From a virus (Duplodnaviria > Caudoviricetes), in the IMG/VR virus record IMGVR_UViG_3300045000_000032, positions 1 to 24,276 of that record: a stretch of 24,276 bases of DNA; one strand, written 5' to 3'. The notes beneath the pieces are model-generated. The model was not told the origin of the DNA, made no database searches, and was given only the letters and a program-made list of their open reading frames with translations. Of the stretch, positions 7,599 through 17,016 are shown in pieces. The translations under genes were made by a program, and so were the position numbers. Every line of letters begins with the position of its first letter. The first letter of the stretch is position 1.

Positions 7599-10500
7599 GC
7601 GATGAACGCGTTGTCACTGAATTGGTGATCGATGCCGATACGTCCGGCGCCGATCGGTATTCGCAGGCGATGGACCGCGCCTCCGGTGCGTCGCAGCAGG
7701 GCGCCAGTTCGGCGGCCGGCATGACGCTGGCGGTTGCCGGCGTCGGCGCGGCCGTGATTGGCGCGCTGGCGGGGCTGCGCTCGTTCATCGATTATGTCGG
7801 CGCGCAAAGCCAGGCGCTGGTCGACATGGCCGATCACGCCCAGCTCGCCGGGATGTCGACCAAGGAATTCCAGCAGACGCTGTTCGCCGCGCGCGCCGCG
7901 GGACTGACCGAGAAGGATTTTGTCAGCGGTCTCGACAAGATCGGCGAAGATCTCACCGCTGCCGGCCGCGGCGTCAGCGATTTCGGCAAATTGTTCGAGG
8001 TCAATGGTCTTTCGATCAAGAACGCCAATGGCGAATTGAAAACCACCAAGCAGGCGCTGACCGATCTTGCCGGGCTGATGCAGAACGCCTCGCCGCAGGT
8101 GCAGCAGGCGATGGCGAAGATCGTCGGCGTCTCCGCGTCCTGGATTCCGTTCCTGCGCCAGGGCGTCGACGGCATCGAGGCGCAAAAGAAGGCCGCGGCC
8201 GATCTCGGCGTCGTCATCAGCGATGACATGATCGCCAAGGCCAAGGATTTCAACGGGCAGTGGAAGACCGCGGTCGCCACCTGGGACCTGCAGTTCAAGG
8301 CTTCGCTCGCCGGCATCATGCCGTTGCTGATCCAGATGGCGAACCTTGCCTCCACCATCCTGCAGGGCATCGGCAATGTCACCGGGTCATTTTCGCGCTG
8401 GATGACGCCGGACGAAGACAAGAACAAGAGCCAGCTCAACGACCAGATCAACGAGCTTCAGCGCCTGCGCGACATCATGGCGACGTTCGGCAACACCAAT
8501 TACCTCAAGGATATTCAGATCGCCAACCTGCAGCGGTTGCTGGGCCTGCCCGAGGGCGCCAGCCTGAAGGAAGTCGACGCGCTGATGGACAAGCTGATCC
8601 TGCTCTATGACAAGAAGCCGACCAATTTGGTCGTAACGCCGCCGGGCGGATCGACCGTGCTGCCGCCGAGCGGCAATAACGGCAAGGACCAGCTGGAGCG
8701 CGCGATCGACGTCGCGCAGCGCCACATCGCGATCACCAGAGCCGACACCGCCGCGATCGGCGAGACCGATGCCGCGCTGGCGGGCTTGCGGGTGGAAGCG
8801 GAGCTATATGCCGCAGCGGAACGCGCCGGCTTCAAGGACCTGGAGCAATTCGCGGAGAAGTTTCTCACGCTGCGCGACGACGCGGAGGCGGCAAAGAAGG
8901 AGTTCAACGAACTGAAGCTCGCCTCCGAAATCAAGTTCGCTGCCGCGACCAAGTTCCTTGATCCGGAATCGGTGCAGATCGCCCAGCAGTTGAAGGGGCT
9001 CTATCCCGATGTCGCAACCGCGCTCGACAGCGTCGAGGCTGCGCAGATCCGCGTCAACAATGCGCAAAAGGATTTTTCCGACGGGGTCAAGGAAGTCGGC
9101 AGGTCGATGCTGTCGGCGTTTCTGTCGGGCAAGAACGTCATGGACGCGATGGTGTCCTCTCTCGACAATCTGGCCAAGAAACTGTCCGACAAGGCGTTTG
9201 AAAATATCCTGGGCAGCATCCTGACCGGCGATCCGGTGCAGGCCGCGATTGGCATTGCCCAGGCCGGCGCGTCCGCGCTGATATCGGCGTTTACCGGCGA
9301 CCAGAAGGCAAAACAGGAGCTGCAGAAAGCGCAGGAGGCCTGGAAGGCGATGGCCTCCCAGGTCACCGCGTTCAACCAGGCCGCGAGGGGCTTCAGTCTT
9401 GGTCCGCTGACCAATGAACTCAATTCGCTGTATTCCAGTGTCGAAACCCTGATGCAGGCGGCGCTGAAGGCGAAAGACACTGCCGGCGCTGCGCAACTGG
9501 CGAACACCTTCAATCACGCCGTGGAACGGATCGCCCAGACCTTTGCCGAAGGCGCCAAGACGCTGACGCCGCTGCAGCAGGCGATCAAGGGCGTCAATGA
9601 CGAGGCTTCCGGCCTGATCGAGACGCTCAGCAATCTCAACTATGGCGGCGCCGCCACCACGGTCGTCAATGCGCTGCAGGGCAGGATCGATGCCCTGATC
9701 GCGCAATACCGCGACACGCTGGTCACCAGCCTCTCGACGCGATTGAATTCGGCGCAAGGCAACACCTATCTCAACGACGCCGCGGCGCTCATCAAGCAGC
9801 ATGCATCCGATCTCACCGATGCCGCCACGCTCGGCAACGATCCGGCGCTGCTGGCGCAGATCGCCGCGACCTTCCAGGCGGAGGCGCAGAAGATCGTCGA
9901 GGGCGCCGGGCTTACCGGCGACGCCTTCACAAAATTCATGGGACTGTTTCCCGACTTCACCAGCGTGGTGCACCAGGCGACCACGCAGTTCGCGGCCTCG
10001 ATCAAGTCGATCAACGACTACCTCAAAAGCCTCGAGATCGGGTCGAAGTCGATCCTCTCCCCGCAGGACCAGCTCAAGGCCGCCAACGATAATTTCAGCT
10101 CGCAGCTTGCATTGGCAAAAGGCGGCGATGCCACGGCGCTCGGCTCGATCACGCAAGTGGCGACCACGCTGCTCGACCAGGCCAAGAGTTTTTATGCCTC
10201 CGGCAGCGGCTATGCCGACGTCTACAACGCGGTTACCGCGGCGCTGCGTTCGCTCGGTTCGGGCTCAGGCTTTGCGGGCGGCGGCGTGATTCCCGGCATG
10301 GCCGGCGGCGGCATCGTCGGCAACGGGCTGTTCGGGATCGACAGCGTGCTGGCGCGCTATGCCGGCGGCGGCGCGATCGGGCTGGCCGGCGGCGAGCATG
10401 TCACGCGGGCGCCGAGCGTGACGCCGCAGACGCTCCCGGTGCTGCAACATATCAACAAGACCGGCAGCGTGCCCTCCAACGACAACGGCGCGCATTTCGC

Positions 10501-10675
10501 CGCGCTCGGCGACAAGCTTGTTCGAGCGCTGACCGGCTGCTCGCTCGGCGAGATCGGCGCCATGCGCGAGGATGCCGCGGCGCTGCGCAACGAGGTGAGG
10601 GCGCTGCGAACCGCGGTCGAGGCCAACAAGCCGAAAGCGGTGCGGCCGAACGACCGCAGCGGCGCCGCCGCATGA
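7595..10675 (+). CDS. Tail tape measure protein (1026 aa)
   Basis: Long Ala/Leu/Gln-rich helical protein directly after the chaperone pair. C-terminal 'FAGGG...GIDSV...LAGGEHV' motif. Confidence 0.92.
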   Translation: MSDERVVTELVIDADTSGADRYSQAMDRASGASQQGASSAAGMTLAVAGVGAAVIGALAGLRSFIDYVGAQSQALVDMADHAQLAGMSTKEFQQTLFAARAAGLTEKDFVSGLDKIGEDLTAAGRGVSDFGKLFEVNGLSIKNANGELKTTKQALTDLAGLMQNASPQVQQAMAKIVGVSASWIPFLRQGVDGIEAQKKAAADLGVVISDDMIAKAKDFNGQWKTAVATWDLQFKASLAGIMPLLIQMANLASTILQGIGNVTGSFSRWMTPDEDKNKSQLNDQINELQRLRDIMATFGNTNYLKDIQIANLQRLLGLPEGASLKEVDALMDKLILLYDKKPTNLVVTPPGGSTVLPPSGNNGKDQLERAIDVAQRHIAITRADTAAIGETDAALAGLRVEAELYAAAERAGFKDLEQFAEKFLTLRDDAEAAKKEFNELKLASEIKFAAATKFLDPESVQIAQQLKGLYPDVATALDSVEAAQIRVNNAQKDFSDGVKEVGRSMLSAFLSGKNVMDAMVSSLDNLAKKLSDKAFENILGSILTGDPVQAAIGIAQAGASALISAFTGDQKAKQELQKAQEAWKAMASQVTAFNQAARGFSLGPLTNELNSLYSSVETLMQAALKAKDTAGAAQLANTFNHAVERIAQTFAEGAKTLTPLQQAIKGVNDEASGLIETLSNLNYGGAATTVVNALQGRIDALIAQYRDTLVTSLSTRLNSAQGNTYLNDAAALIKQHASDLTDAATLGNDPALLAQIAATFQAEAQKIVEGAGLTGDAFTKFMGLFPDFTSVVHQATTQFAASIKSINDYLKSLEIGSKSILSPQDQLKAANDNFSSQLALAKGGDATALGSITQVATTLLDQAKSFYASGSGYADVYNAVTAALRSLGSGSGFAGGGVIPGMAGGGIVGNGLFGIDSVLARYAGGGAIGLAGGEHVTRAPSVTPQTLPVLQHINKTGSVPSNDNGAHFAALGDKLVRALTGCSLGEIGAMREDAAALRNEVRALRTAVEANKPKAVRPNDRSGAAA

Positions 10676-11064
10676 CCGCGACCACCTATCTGCGGGACAA
10701 GATCGTCGATCTCCTGACCGGCAACGCGGCCTATGTGCCGCCGGTGCTGTATCTGTCGCTGCATACCGGCGATCCGACCGTGGCCGGCTCTCACAGCCAT
10801 GAAGTCGCGGGCGGCGGTTATCTCAGGCAATCGCTCGCCGGCATCATGGGCGTAGCGGATGCCTCCGGGATTTCCGTCAACGTCTCGGTGATCACCTTCG
10901 GCCCGGCCACGGCCGACTGGGGCACCATCAATTTTCTCGGGCTCGAGGATGCCTCCAGCGCCGGCAACATGCTGCTGCCGGGCATGCCGACCATGCCGCG
11001 CACCATCACCACAGGACAGCCGTTCCAGATCCCGCCCGGCGGCTTGAAGCTGCGCCTGGCCTAA
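10672..11064 (+). CDS. Small tail protein ('YxxLHTxDP...YxR' family), paralogue 1
   Basis: LYLSLHTGDP...EVAGGGYLRQ...ITFGPATADWGTI...GNML. ATGA coupling to the tape measure gene. Confidence 0.8.
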   Translation: MTATTYLRDKIVDLLTGNAAYVPPVLYLSLHTGDPTVAGSHSHEVAGGGYLRQSLAGIMGVADASGISVNVSVITFGPATADWGTINFLGLEDASSAGNMLLPGMPTMPRTITTGQPFQIPPGGLKLRLA

Positions 11065-11084
11065 CCAAAAAGAGGAAAAGTCTC

Positions 11085-11513
11085 ATGAGCAAGTCGGACG
11101 TATCCGAAAACAATCTGTTGAAGGCGATTTTCAACGCCACCGCGATCGCCAACCTGCTCGACAATGCGGCGTCGGCGCCCAACACCAACCTGTATTTCGC
11201 GCTGCATACCGCCGATCCCGGCGAGACCGGCACACAATCCACCAACGAGTGCACCTATACCTCCTATGCCAGGGTCGCGGTGCCGCGATCGAGCCTGGGC
11301 TTTACCGTGACCGCCAATTCCGTCTCGACCGTCAACGATGTCGACTTTCCGACCGCGACCGGCGGGTCCGAGACCGCGACGCATTTTTCCGTCGGCATGC
11401 TGTCGGCCGGTGCCGGCGTGATCCTCTACAGCGGCGCGCTGGCGCCGGCGATCGTGATCGCCTCCGGCACGCCGCCGATCATCAGCAAGACCACCACCAT
11501 CACGGAAGACTGA
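11085..11513 (+). CDS. Small tail protein, paralogue 2
   Basis: LYFALHTADP...ECTYTSYARVAV...VDFPTATGGSETATHF...GVILYSGAL. SD GAGGA. Confidence 0.82.
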   Translation: MSKSDVSENNLLKAIFNATAIANLLDNAASAPNTNLYFALHTADPGETGTQSTNECTYTSYARVAVPRSSLGFTVTANSVSTVNDVDFPTATGGSETATHFSVGMLSAGAGVILYSGALAPAIVIASGTPPIISKTTTITED

Positions 11514-11520
11514 ACGCGGC

Positions 11521-11937
11521 ATGTTCAGCGCCGGGCCGTTCTCGAAATACCGCTTCAGCGAATCCAACCTCACCTACAACGTCGCGGTCGGCGCATCGGT
11601 CGGCATTGCGACGGTCACGGGGAAGGGCGGCGGCGCGGCGAAGGGAACGTCGGCCGGGCTCGCCACGGTCACCGGTCACGGCGCGCGCGGCGGCAAGGGC
11701 ACCTCGGCCGGCGCGGGTACGACCGCCGGCCACGGCTCGCGCGGCGGCATCGGCACTTCGGCCGGCGCCGCGACCATCGCGGGCAAGGGCGGACATGCGG
11801 CCAAGGGCATCGCCGCGGGCGTTGCCAGCGTCAACGGCGTCGGCTCGACCGCCTGGGACCGCATGCTGGGAGAGGCCGATGCCAAGATCGCCTATTTCGC
11901 CGAAATCGAGCCCTGGGTGTTGACGGACCGCGCATGA
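11521..11937 (+). CDS. Gly/Ala/Thr-rich repeat tail protein (138 aa)
   Basis: Four-and-a-half 18-aa repeats. ATGA overlap with the next gene. Confidence 0.72.
   Translation: MFSAGPFSKYRFSESNLTYNVAVGASVGIATVTGKGGGAAKGTSAGLATVTGHGARGGKGTSAGAGTTAGHGSRGGIGTSAGAATIAGKGGHAAKGIAAGVASVNGVGSTAWDRMLGEADAKIAYFAEIEPWVLTDRA
11602..11844 (+). repeat. Degenerate 54-bp (18-aa) coding repeat, ~4.5 units
   Basis: GIATVTGKGGGAAKGTSA / GLATVTGHGARGGKGTSA / GAGTTAGHGSRGGIGTSA / GAATIAGKGGHAAKGIAA / GVASVNGVG. Confidence 0.85.
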
Positions 11938-13526
11938 CCTATTCCGTTGTCCCGTTCAGCACGCAGGCCTTCTCGACCACCGGGCGCGACGTCCGCGTCG
12001 TTTTCGAGATGGCGTTCTCGTTCGACGTCTCGCTGAATTTCATTCTCTATGTCGCGACCACGGCGGGCTTTGCGACAAAGCCTTCGGATAGCCTGCCGAA
12101 CCAGCCGTTCCGCGGCGTGCTGCAGAGCTATTCGTTCGCGCGCTCGATCCTGCAGCACGACATCGGGCAATTCACCACCGGGACCGGCTCGCTGGTGATC
12201 GCCAATGACGATGCGCATTACGATTTCCTGCCGCAGAACTACGCGATCGACGGCCGGCCGATCAATCTTCGGGTCGGCCGCGCCGACGATCCCTATGACG
12301 CCAGCTTTCCGTTTGCGCGGCTGACCGCGACCGGGTGGAACATCGATACCGGCAACGTCTCGATCGATCTCGTGGATTATTCCTACAAGCTCGAGGTCCC
12401 GATGCAGCCGAACGTCTATGGCGGCAGCGGCGGCGCCGACGGCGGGGCTGATCTCGCGGGCAAGCGCAAGCCGATGGTGTTCGGCGCCGCGCGCGAGGTG
12501 CCGGCGGTTCTGCTGGTGCCAAGTCTTTTGATCTACCAGGTCAATGACGGATCAATCCAGGCGGTCACCTCCGTGCATGACCGCGGCGTCGCCTTGAGCG
12601 CCGGATCGAACTATGCGGACTATGCCGCGCTGGCGGCCGCGAGCATCACGGCAGGGCAATACGGCACTTGTCTGGCGCTCGGCCTGTTCAAGCTCGGCTC
12701 GGCGCCGTCGGGCACCGTCACCGCCGATGTCGCGGGCGACAATTCCGACGGCTATGTGGTGACGACGGCCGACATCGTGCGCTGGGCGCTGCGGCGGCGC
12801 ACCTCGCTGGCCGATCCCGGAGATCTCTTTGTGGCGTCCTTCAGCGACCTCAACACTGCGCAGGCGGCTCCCATCGATTACTGGATCGGGCCGCAGGATT
12901 CGCTCACGGTCGCGGCCTTTATCGCCAACATCATGGGCGGCGTCGGCGGCTGGGGCGGGCATCGGCTCGATGGCAAGTTCGCGGTGCGCATCTTCAAGGC
13001 GCCGACCGGCAACCCCGTGGCGTTCTATTCGCGCAACGACATGCTGGGCGGCGATATCAAGCGCGAGCCGCTGCCGGCGGCCTACAAGCCGCCGCCATGG
13101 CGCTGGCGCGTGCCCTATGCGCGCTGCTGGACGGTGCAGACCGATCTGGCCGGAAGCGTCTCCGCTGCGCATAAGGCCTTTGTCGCCGAGCCGTATCGGC
13201 TGGCGGAGTCCTCCAACGCCTCGGTCAAGGTCGACCACCCGTTTGCCCAGGACCGCGATCCGGTGGTGGCGTACTTCTCCAACCAGTCCGATGCCGCGGC
13301 CGAAGCGCTGCGGCGGCTCAACCTGTTCAAGGCCACCAACTCGATCTACCGCATGACATTGCCGCGCCGCGCGCTGCGGCAGGACATGGGCGACGAGATC
13401 AGGGTGACGCATCCGCGCTTCGACCTGCCGTCGGGGCGCTCGATGATCGTGGTGGAATCAAGAGCCGACATTTCCGCCGCCGGCGGCGGCGCGCTGGATT
13501 GTGTGGAGATCGCCGCCTATGGCTAA
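11934..13526 (+). CDS. Tail tip/hub protein (530 aa)
   Basis: 'YAIDGRPI', 'YGGSGGADGGADLAGKRKPMVFG', 'YQVNDG...VHDRG' and 'MGDEIRVTHPRFDL..GR' patterns of proteobacterial siphovirus tail-tip proteins. Synteny. Confidence 0.8.
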   Translation: MTYSVVPFSTQAFSTTGRDVRVVFEMAFSFDVSLNFILYVATTAGFATKPSDSLPNQPFRGVLQSYSFARSILQHDIGQFTTGTGSLVIANDDAHYDFLPQNYAIDGRPINLRVGRADDPYDASFPFARLTATGWNIDTGNVSIDLVDYSYKLEVPMQPNVYGGSGGADGGADLAGKRKPMVFGAAREVPAVLLVPSLLIYQVNDGSIQAVTSVHDRGVALSAGSNYADYAALAAASITAGQYGTCLALGLFKLGSAPSGTVTADVAGDNSDGYVVTTADIVRWALRRRTSLADPGDLFVASFSDLNTAQAAPIDYWIGPQDSLTVAAFIANIMGGVGGWGGHRLDGKFAVRIFKAPTGNPVAFYSRNDMLGGDIKREPLPAAYKPPPWRWRVPYARCWTVQTDLAGSVSAAHKAFVAEPYRLAESSNASVKVDHPFAQDRDPVVAYFSNQSDAAAEALRRLNLFKATNSIYRMTLPRRALRQDMGDEIRVTHPRFDLPSGRSMIVVESRADISAAGGGALDCVEIAAYG

Positions 13527-14301
13527 CGCCGCATTGGTGATCGACAATCTCGCCGACAGCGGCACGGTGACCGCCTCCAGCCAGGCGCTGACCATGCCGG
13601 CGGCGACCTTGCAGGATCCTCATCCCTCGAATCGCTGGCGCAGCCTGGTCAGCACGGCCTTCATCGTACTCGACAACCGCGCGTTGGTGACGGCCGACAC
13701 CTCGGCGCTGTTCGGCATGACCTGCGGCAGGAATTCAACCGTTCGCTTGCGCCGCTCCTCGCTCGACGCCTCCGGCGCCGCCGGCGACGTACTCGATACC
13801 GGCACGATCGTCAATGGCGCGGCAAGTTTTGACGTGAGCTATGGATCGTTTCTCTATCGCAGCAGCGCGCCGCAAGCCTGGCGCTACACGCGGATCGATA
13901 TCTCGGATCCCGACGCGTCCTATGTCGAGGCCGGCATCATCCTCGACGGCCTCAGCGAGGCCTTTACCTACAACTTCAATCCCGGCGGATCGATCCAGCA
14001 CATCGACCGCAGCCGGCTCGCCCAGGCCTCTTCGGGCCAGACCCTGAGCTGGGACGACAATACCTTCCGCCGGGTTGACCTCGCCTTCGACTGGGTCACC
14101 GCAGCCCAGCGCTACGGCGTGATCGAGCGGATGGACCGGGTCAAGGGCAAGCACCGCAACATTCTTCTGATGACCGACACGGCATCGAGCAACCTGCCGC
14201 GCGCTTCGCTCTACGGCCTGCTCAGCGACATCACCCCGGTCGGCTTCACGGCGTTCCCCGACATCTTTCAAAAGCAGCTTCGGCTCGACGAGAGGATCTG
14301 A
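13519..14301 (+). CDS. Tail tip/distal tail-associated protein (260 aa)
   Basis: ATG 13519 after GGAG. 'NLAD...MPAATLQDPHPSNRWRS', 'RYTRIDISDP...YVEAG'. Overlaps both neighbours. Confidence 0.75.
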   Translation: MANAALVIDNLADSGTVTASSQALTMPAATLQDPHPSNRWRSLVSTAFIVLDNRALVTADTSALFGMTCGRNSTVRLRRSSLDASGAAGDVLDTGTIVNGAASFDVSYGSFLYRSSAPQAWRYTRIDISDPDASYVEAGIILDGLSEAFTYNFNPGGSIQHIDRSRLAQASSGQTLSWDDNTFRRVDLAFDWVTAAQRYGVIERMDRVKGKHRNILLMTDTASSNLPRASLYGLLSDITPVGFTAFPDIFQKQLRLDERI

Positions 14302-15377
14302 TGGCCTTCATTCGTCCCAAAGACCGCGTGGCGGAGAAATCCACCACTGCCGGCACCGGCCCCTATGCCCTGGCGGGCGCGATCGACGCCTCCTACAACG
14401 CGTTCTCCGCCTCGATGAGCATCGGCGATACCACGATCGGCGCCATCGTCGAGCCCGGCGTTGCGTTCGCCACCGGGCTTCTGACCTACAGCGCCGCCAA
14501 CCAGATCACGCTGACCACGGCGTATGAGACCAAGGGCACGTTCGGCGCCGGCACCAAGGAAATCTTCATGGGGCTGCCGGCCTCGCGCGCGGTGTACCGC
14601 AACGGTGACCAGGCCATCGACGGCAACCTGACCCTTGGCGGCGGTTACTATTTCGATGCCCTATTCGCCTCCAGCATCGGCAATTACTACACACTTCAAG
14701 GTCAGTCCGCCGAAACCAAGATCTCGCTTGGGCCAGCGGCAGACAAGAAAACCTATTACGATGCCAACGGTCATGTATGGCGCGGTGTGGGCTCAAGCCC
14801 CTCTTTCATGCAGCTTGACTCGACCGCTCTGGCGATGTTGGTCCCGACGCGGACGCTTGCCTCAACCGCGACATCGACAGGCCTTCGCGTCCCGACCGGC
14901 GTCGCGCCGACCAGTCCCGTCGATGGCGATATCTGGAATGACGGCGCCGATGCCAAAATCCGCATCGGAAGTGTTACCTATTCGATCAAGGTCGATTATG
15001 CGACCAAGTCGGACCAGCAGGCGGCATCCTCCGCTGTCAAGACCGTTAGCCCCGCGCGGCAGGGCGATCATCCCAGCGCCGCAAAAGCTTGGGTGACTTT
15101 CGGCGGTGGAGTTGGAGGAACTATTGCGGCCAGTCACAATGTGACATCGGTAAGCCGGACAAGCGCCGGAAACTACACGATCACTTTTACGGTGCCATTC
15201 GCGACCGCTAGTTACAGTTGCGTCGTCACCACGGAAGGTAACGCCACCGCCGGCATCATAGGTCACGTCATCGTCGGCGGGCGCACCGCCGGAAGTCTTC
15301 AGGTCGAAGTGCTAAACGTCACCCCGGTCGGCGCTGATGCCACCGTCGTGCATGTTGCTTGCTATGGAGCACAATGA
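14301..15377 (+). CDS. Tail fibre / receptor-binding protein (358 aa)
   Basis: N-terminal anchor 'DRVAEKSTTAGTGPYALAGA'. Internal 'GVAPTSPVDGDIW'. C-terminal tip 'AKAWVTF...SHNVTSVSRTSAGNYTITF...Y'. Confidence 0.8.
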   Translation: MAFIRPKDRVAEKSTTAGTGPYALAGAIDASYNAFSASMSIGDTTIGAIVEPGVAFATGLLTYSAANQITLTTAYETKGTFGAGTKEIFMGLPASRAVYRNGDQAIDGNLTLGGGYYFDALFASSIGNYYTLQGQSAETKISLGPAADKKTYYDANGHVWRGVGSSPSFMQLDSTALAMLVPTRTLASTATSTGLRVPTGVAPTSPVDGDIWNDGADAKIRIGSVTYSIKVDYATKSDQQAASSAVKTVSPARQGDHPSAAKAWVTFGGGVGGTIAASHNVTSVSRTSAGNYTITFTVPFATASYSCVVTTEGNATAGIIGHVIVGGRTAGSLQVEVLNVTPVGADATVVHVACYGAQ

Positions 15378-15391
15378 CCGGGATCGGCGAT

Positions 15392-16114
15392 TCAATCGAA
15401 AATCTCAATTGAATGCGCTGATGCGGCAAAGTATAGATTATGCCGCGTCGGATGGATCGTTTCCCATACGCGAACGAACCTGAAATGCGGCGTCAGGAAT
15501 CTCCGCAGGTCAGCCGTATCCTTGAACTCGTATTCATGCAGGGCGTTGCCCTTGCGGCCGTCGGCAGCCTCCACGATCGTATAGCCGCTTAGGATGCCGT
15601 CTGGCGTGAGGCGGCTGACGATCTGCATCATGAGATTACCGATCTCAGTTTCGGTGAAATGCTCGATCGCGGCATCCCACACGATGTTGTCGAACCGGCC
15701 ATCAGGTAAGCCGTCGCGGATATCACTAAGCAGATAGGTGATGTTCGGGGCGGCGTTGTAGCGCTTGGCGTGCGGGATGGCATCACGATCGAAATCCAGC
15801 GCGATGATGGATGATGCCGCCGAGGAATAGAAGTGACGGGTATTGAAACCGTCGCCGCAACAGATCTCCAACATCTTCGATTTCGGCTTTAGCAACATCC
15901 GCGAGAACACGCCGCGCTCGACCCAAAGCCCGTTGTTCTTCGCTGAAAATTGCCAGTGCTGGTCGAGGAAATGATCGAACCATTCGGGGCGCGGATGGAA
16001 GCCCCACTGCACGGCGAATTGAGCGAAATGCGTAAATCCTGAAACCTTCCGAACGAGGAAATTCAGGCTCTTTAATGCAGAGATCAGCAACCGTCGCATA
16101 AGCCTGTTTAGCAC
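15392..16114 (-). CDS. Class I SAM-dependent methyltransferase (moron)
   Basis: Motif I MLEICCGDG, IIALDFD, FDNIVWDAAIEHF. Antisense to the late operon. Start could be GTG 16114 or ATG 16099. Confidence 0.85.
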   Translation of the reverse strand: MLNRLMRRLLISALKSLNFLVRKVSGFTHFAQFAVQWGFHPRPEWFDHFLDQHWQFSAKNNGLWVERGVFSRMLLKPKSKMLEICCGDGFNTRHFYSSAASSIIALDFDRDAIPHAKRYNAAPNITYLLSDIRDGLPDGRFDNIVWDAAIEHFTETEIGNLMMQIVSRLTPDGILSGYTIVEAADGRKGNALHEYEFKDTADLRRFLTPHFRFVRVWETIHPTRHNLYFAASAHSIEIFD

Positions 16115-16165
16115 CGCAGCCAGCGTTCGATCAACCTTCGGTCACAGTTTTCCCAAGGAGCACCC

Positions 16166-16243
16166 ATGCCCACCAACGCAGCGATAATCGCGGCGAACGC
16201 GCAGCGTTTTGCCCTTTCCCCGCTCAAAAATCAGGAGAGTTAA
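16166..16243 (+). CDS. 25-aa upstream ORF / possible gene remnant
   Basis: SD AAGGAG (16155-16160), MPTNAAIIAANAQRFALSPLKNQES*. Stop is 2 nt before the endolysin ATG. Confidence 0.4.
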   Translation: MPTNAAIIAANAQRFALSPLKNQES

Positions 16244-16245
16244 CG

Positions 16246-17016
16246 ATGAACTATTCACTGATGTGGCTGCCGCAGATATTGCGCGATGCCGGCATGGAAG
16301 TGCTCGAGCACGCCGGCTGGCAGAACCGCGGCCATGGCGACATGGGATCGGTGCTCGGCGTGCTCTGCCACCACACCTGCGGGCCGCTGCACGGCGATCT
16401 GCCCGACATCAACGTTCTGGTCGACGGCCGGCCGGACCTCGGCGGTCCGCTGTGCAACCTCGGACTCGGCCGCAGCGGCAAATATTACATGATCGCCGCC
16501 GGCAAGGGCTGGCACGCCGGACGCGGCAACTGGCAGGGCGTCACCGACGGCAACTCGCACCTGATCGGGATCGAGGCCGAAAACGCCGGCACCAACGATG
16601 CCCATGGTCACCCGACCGATCCGTGGCCCGACGTGCAGATGGACGCCTACCGGCGCGGCGTCGCCGCGATCTTGAAGCATGCCGGGGCCTCGCCCTCGAT
16701 GTGCGCCGGCCACAAGGAATATGCGCTGCCCAAGGGGCGCAAGGACGATCCGAATTTCGACATGGCCGCGTTCCGCGCCGGCGTCGCCGCCATCATGGGC
16801 AGCGTCGCGAAGCCAAAGGCGGTCACCCATCAGGGCGTCGTCAATATCGATGGTCTCAACGTGCGCTCCAACGCCGGCGCGTCCTCCACCATCGTCGGCG
16901 TGCTCGCCAAGGGCACCAAGGTTGCGGTCGCCTCCGAGATCAATAACGGCCCCACCAAATGGCTGAAGATAGCCGAGGGCTATGTCGCCGCGCGTTACGT
17001 TGACGTGGTGGTGTGA
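16246..17016 (+). CDS. Endolysin: N-acetylmuramoyl-L-alanine amidase (Amidase_2) with C-terminal SH3b domain
   Basis: Zn-amidase motifs CHHT, WHAG, IGIEAEN, GHKE...KDDP. SH3b 'LNVRSNAG..S.IVGVL.KGT.V...W.KI..GYVAARYV'. SD AGGAG. Confidence 0.92.
   Translation: MNYSLMWLPQILRDAGMEVLEHAGWQNRGHGDMGSVLGVLCHHTCGPLHGDLPDINVLVDGRPDLGGPLCNLGLGRSGKYYMIAAGKGWHAGRGNWQGVTDGNSHLIGIEAENAGTNDAHGHPTDPWPDVQMDAYRRGVAAILKHAGASPSMCAGHKEYALPKGRKDDPNFDMAAFRAGVAAIMGSVAKPKAVTHQGVVNIDGLNVRSNAGASSTIVGVLAKGTKVAVASEINNGPTKWLKIAEGYVAARYVDVVV

Noticed and set aside
11602-11844. Possible CRISPR-like or DGR template repeats
   Set aside because: Degenerate in-frame coding repeats without spacers. No cas or reverse transcriptase gene, and no TR/VR pair noticed at the fibre 3' end.
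14301-16114. Invertible tail-fibre cassette
   Set aside because: No invertase and no flanking inverted repeats seen. The antisense gene is a methyltransferase, not an alternative fibre tip.
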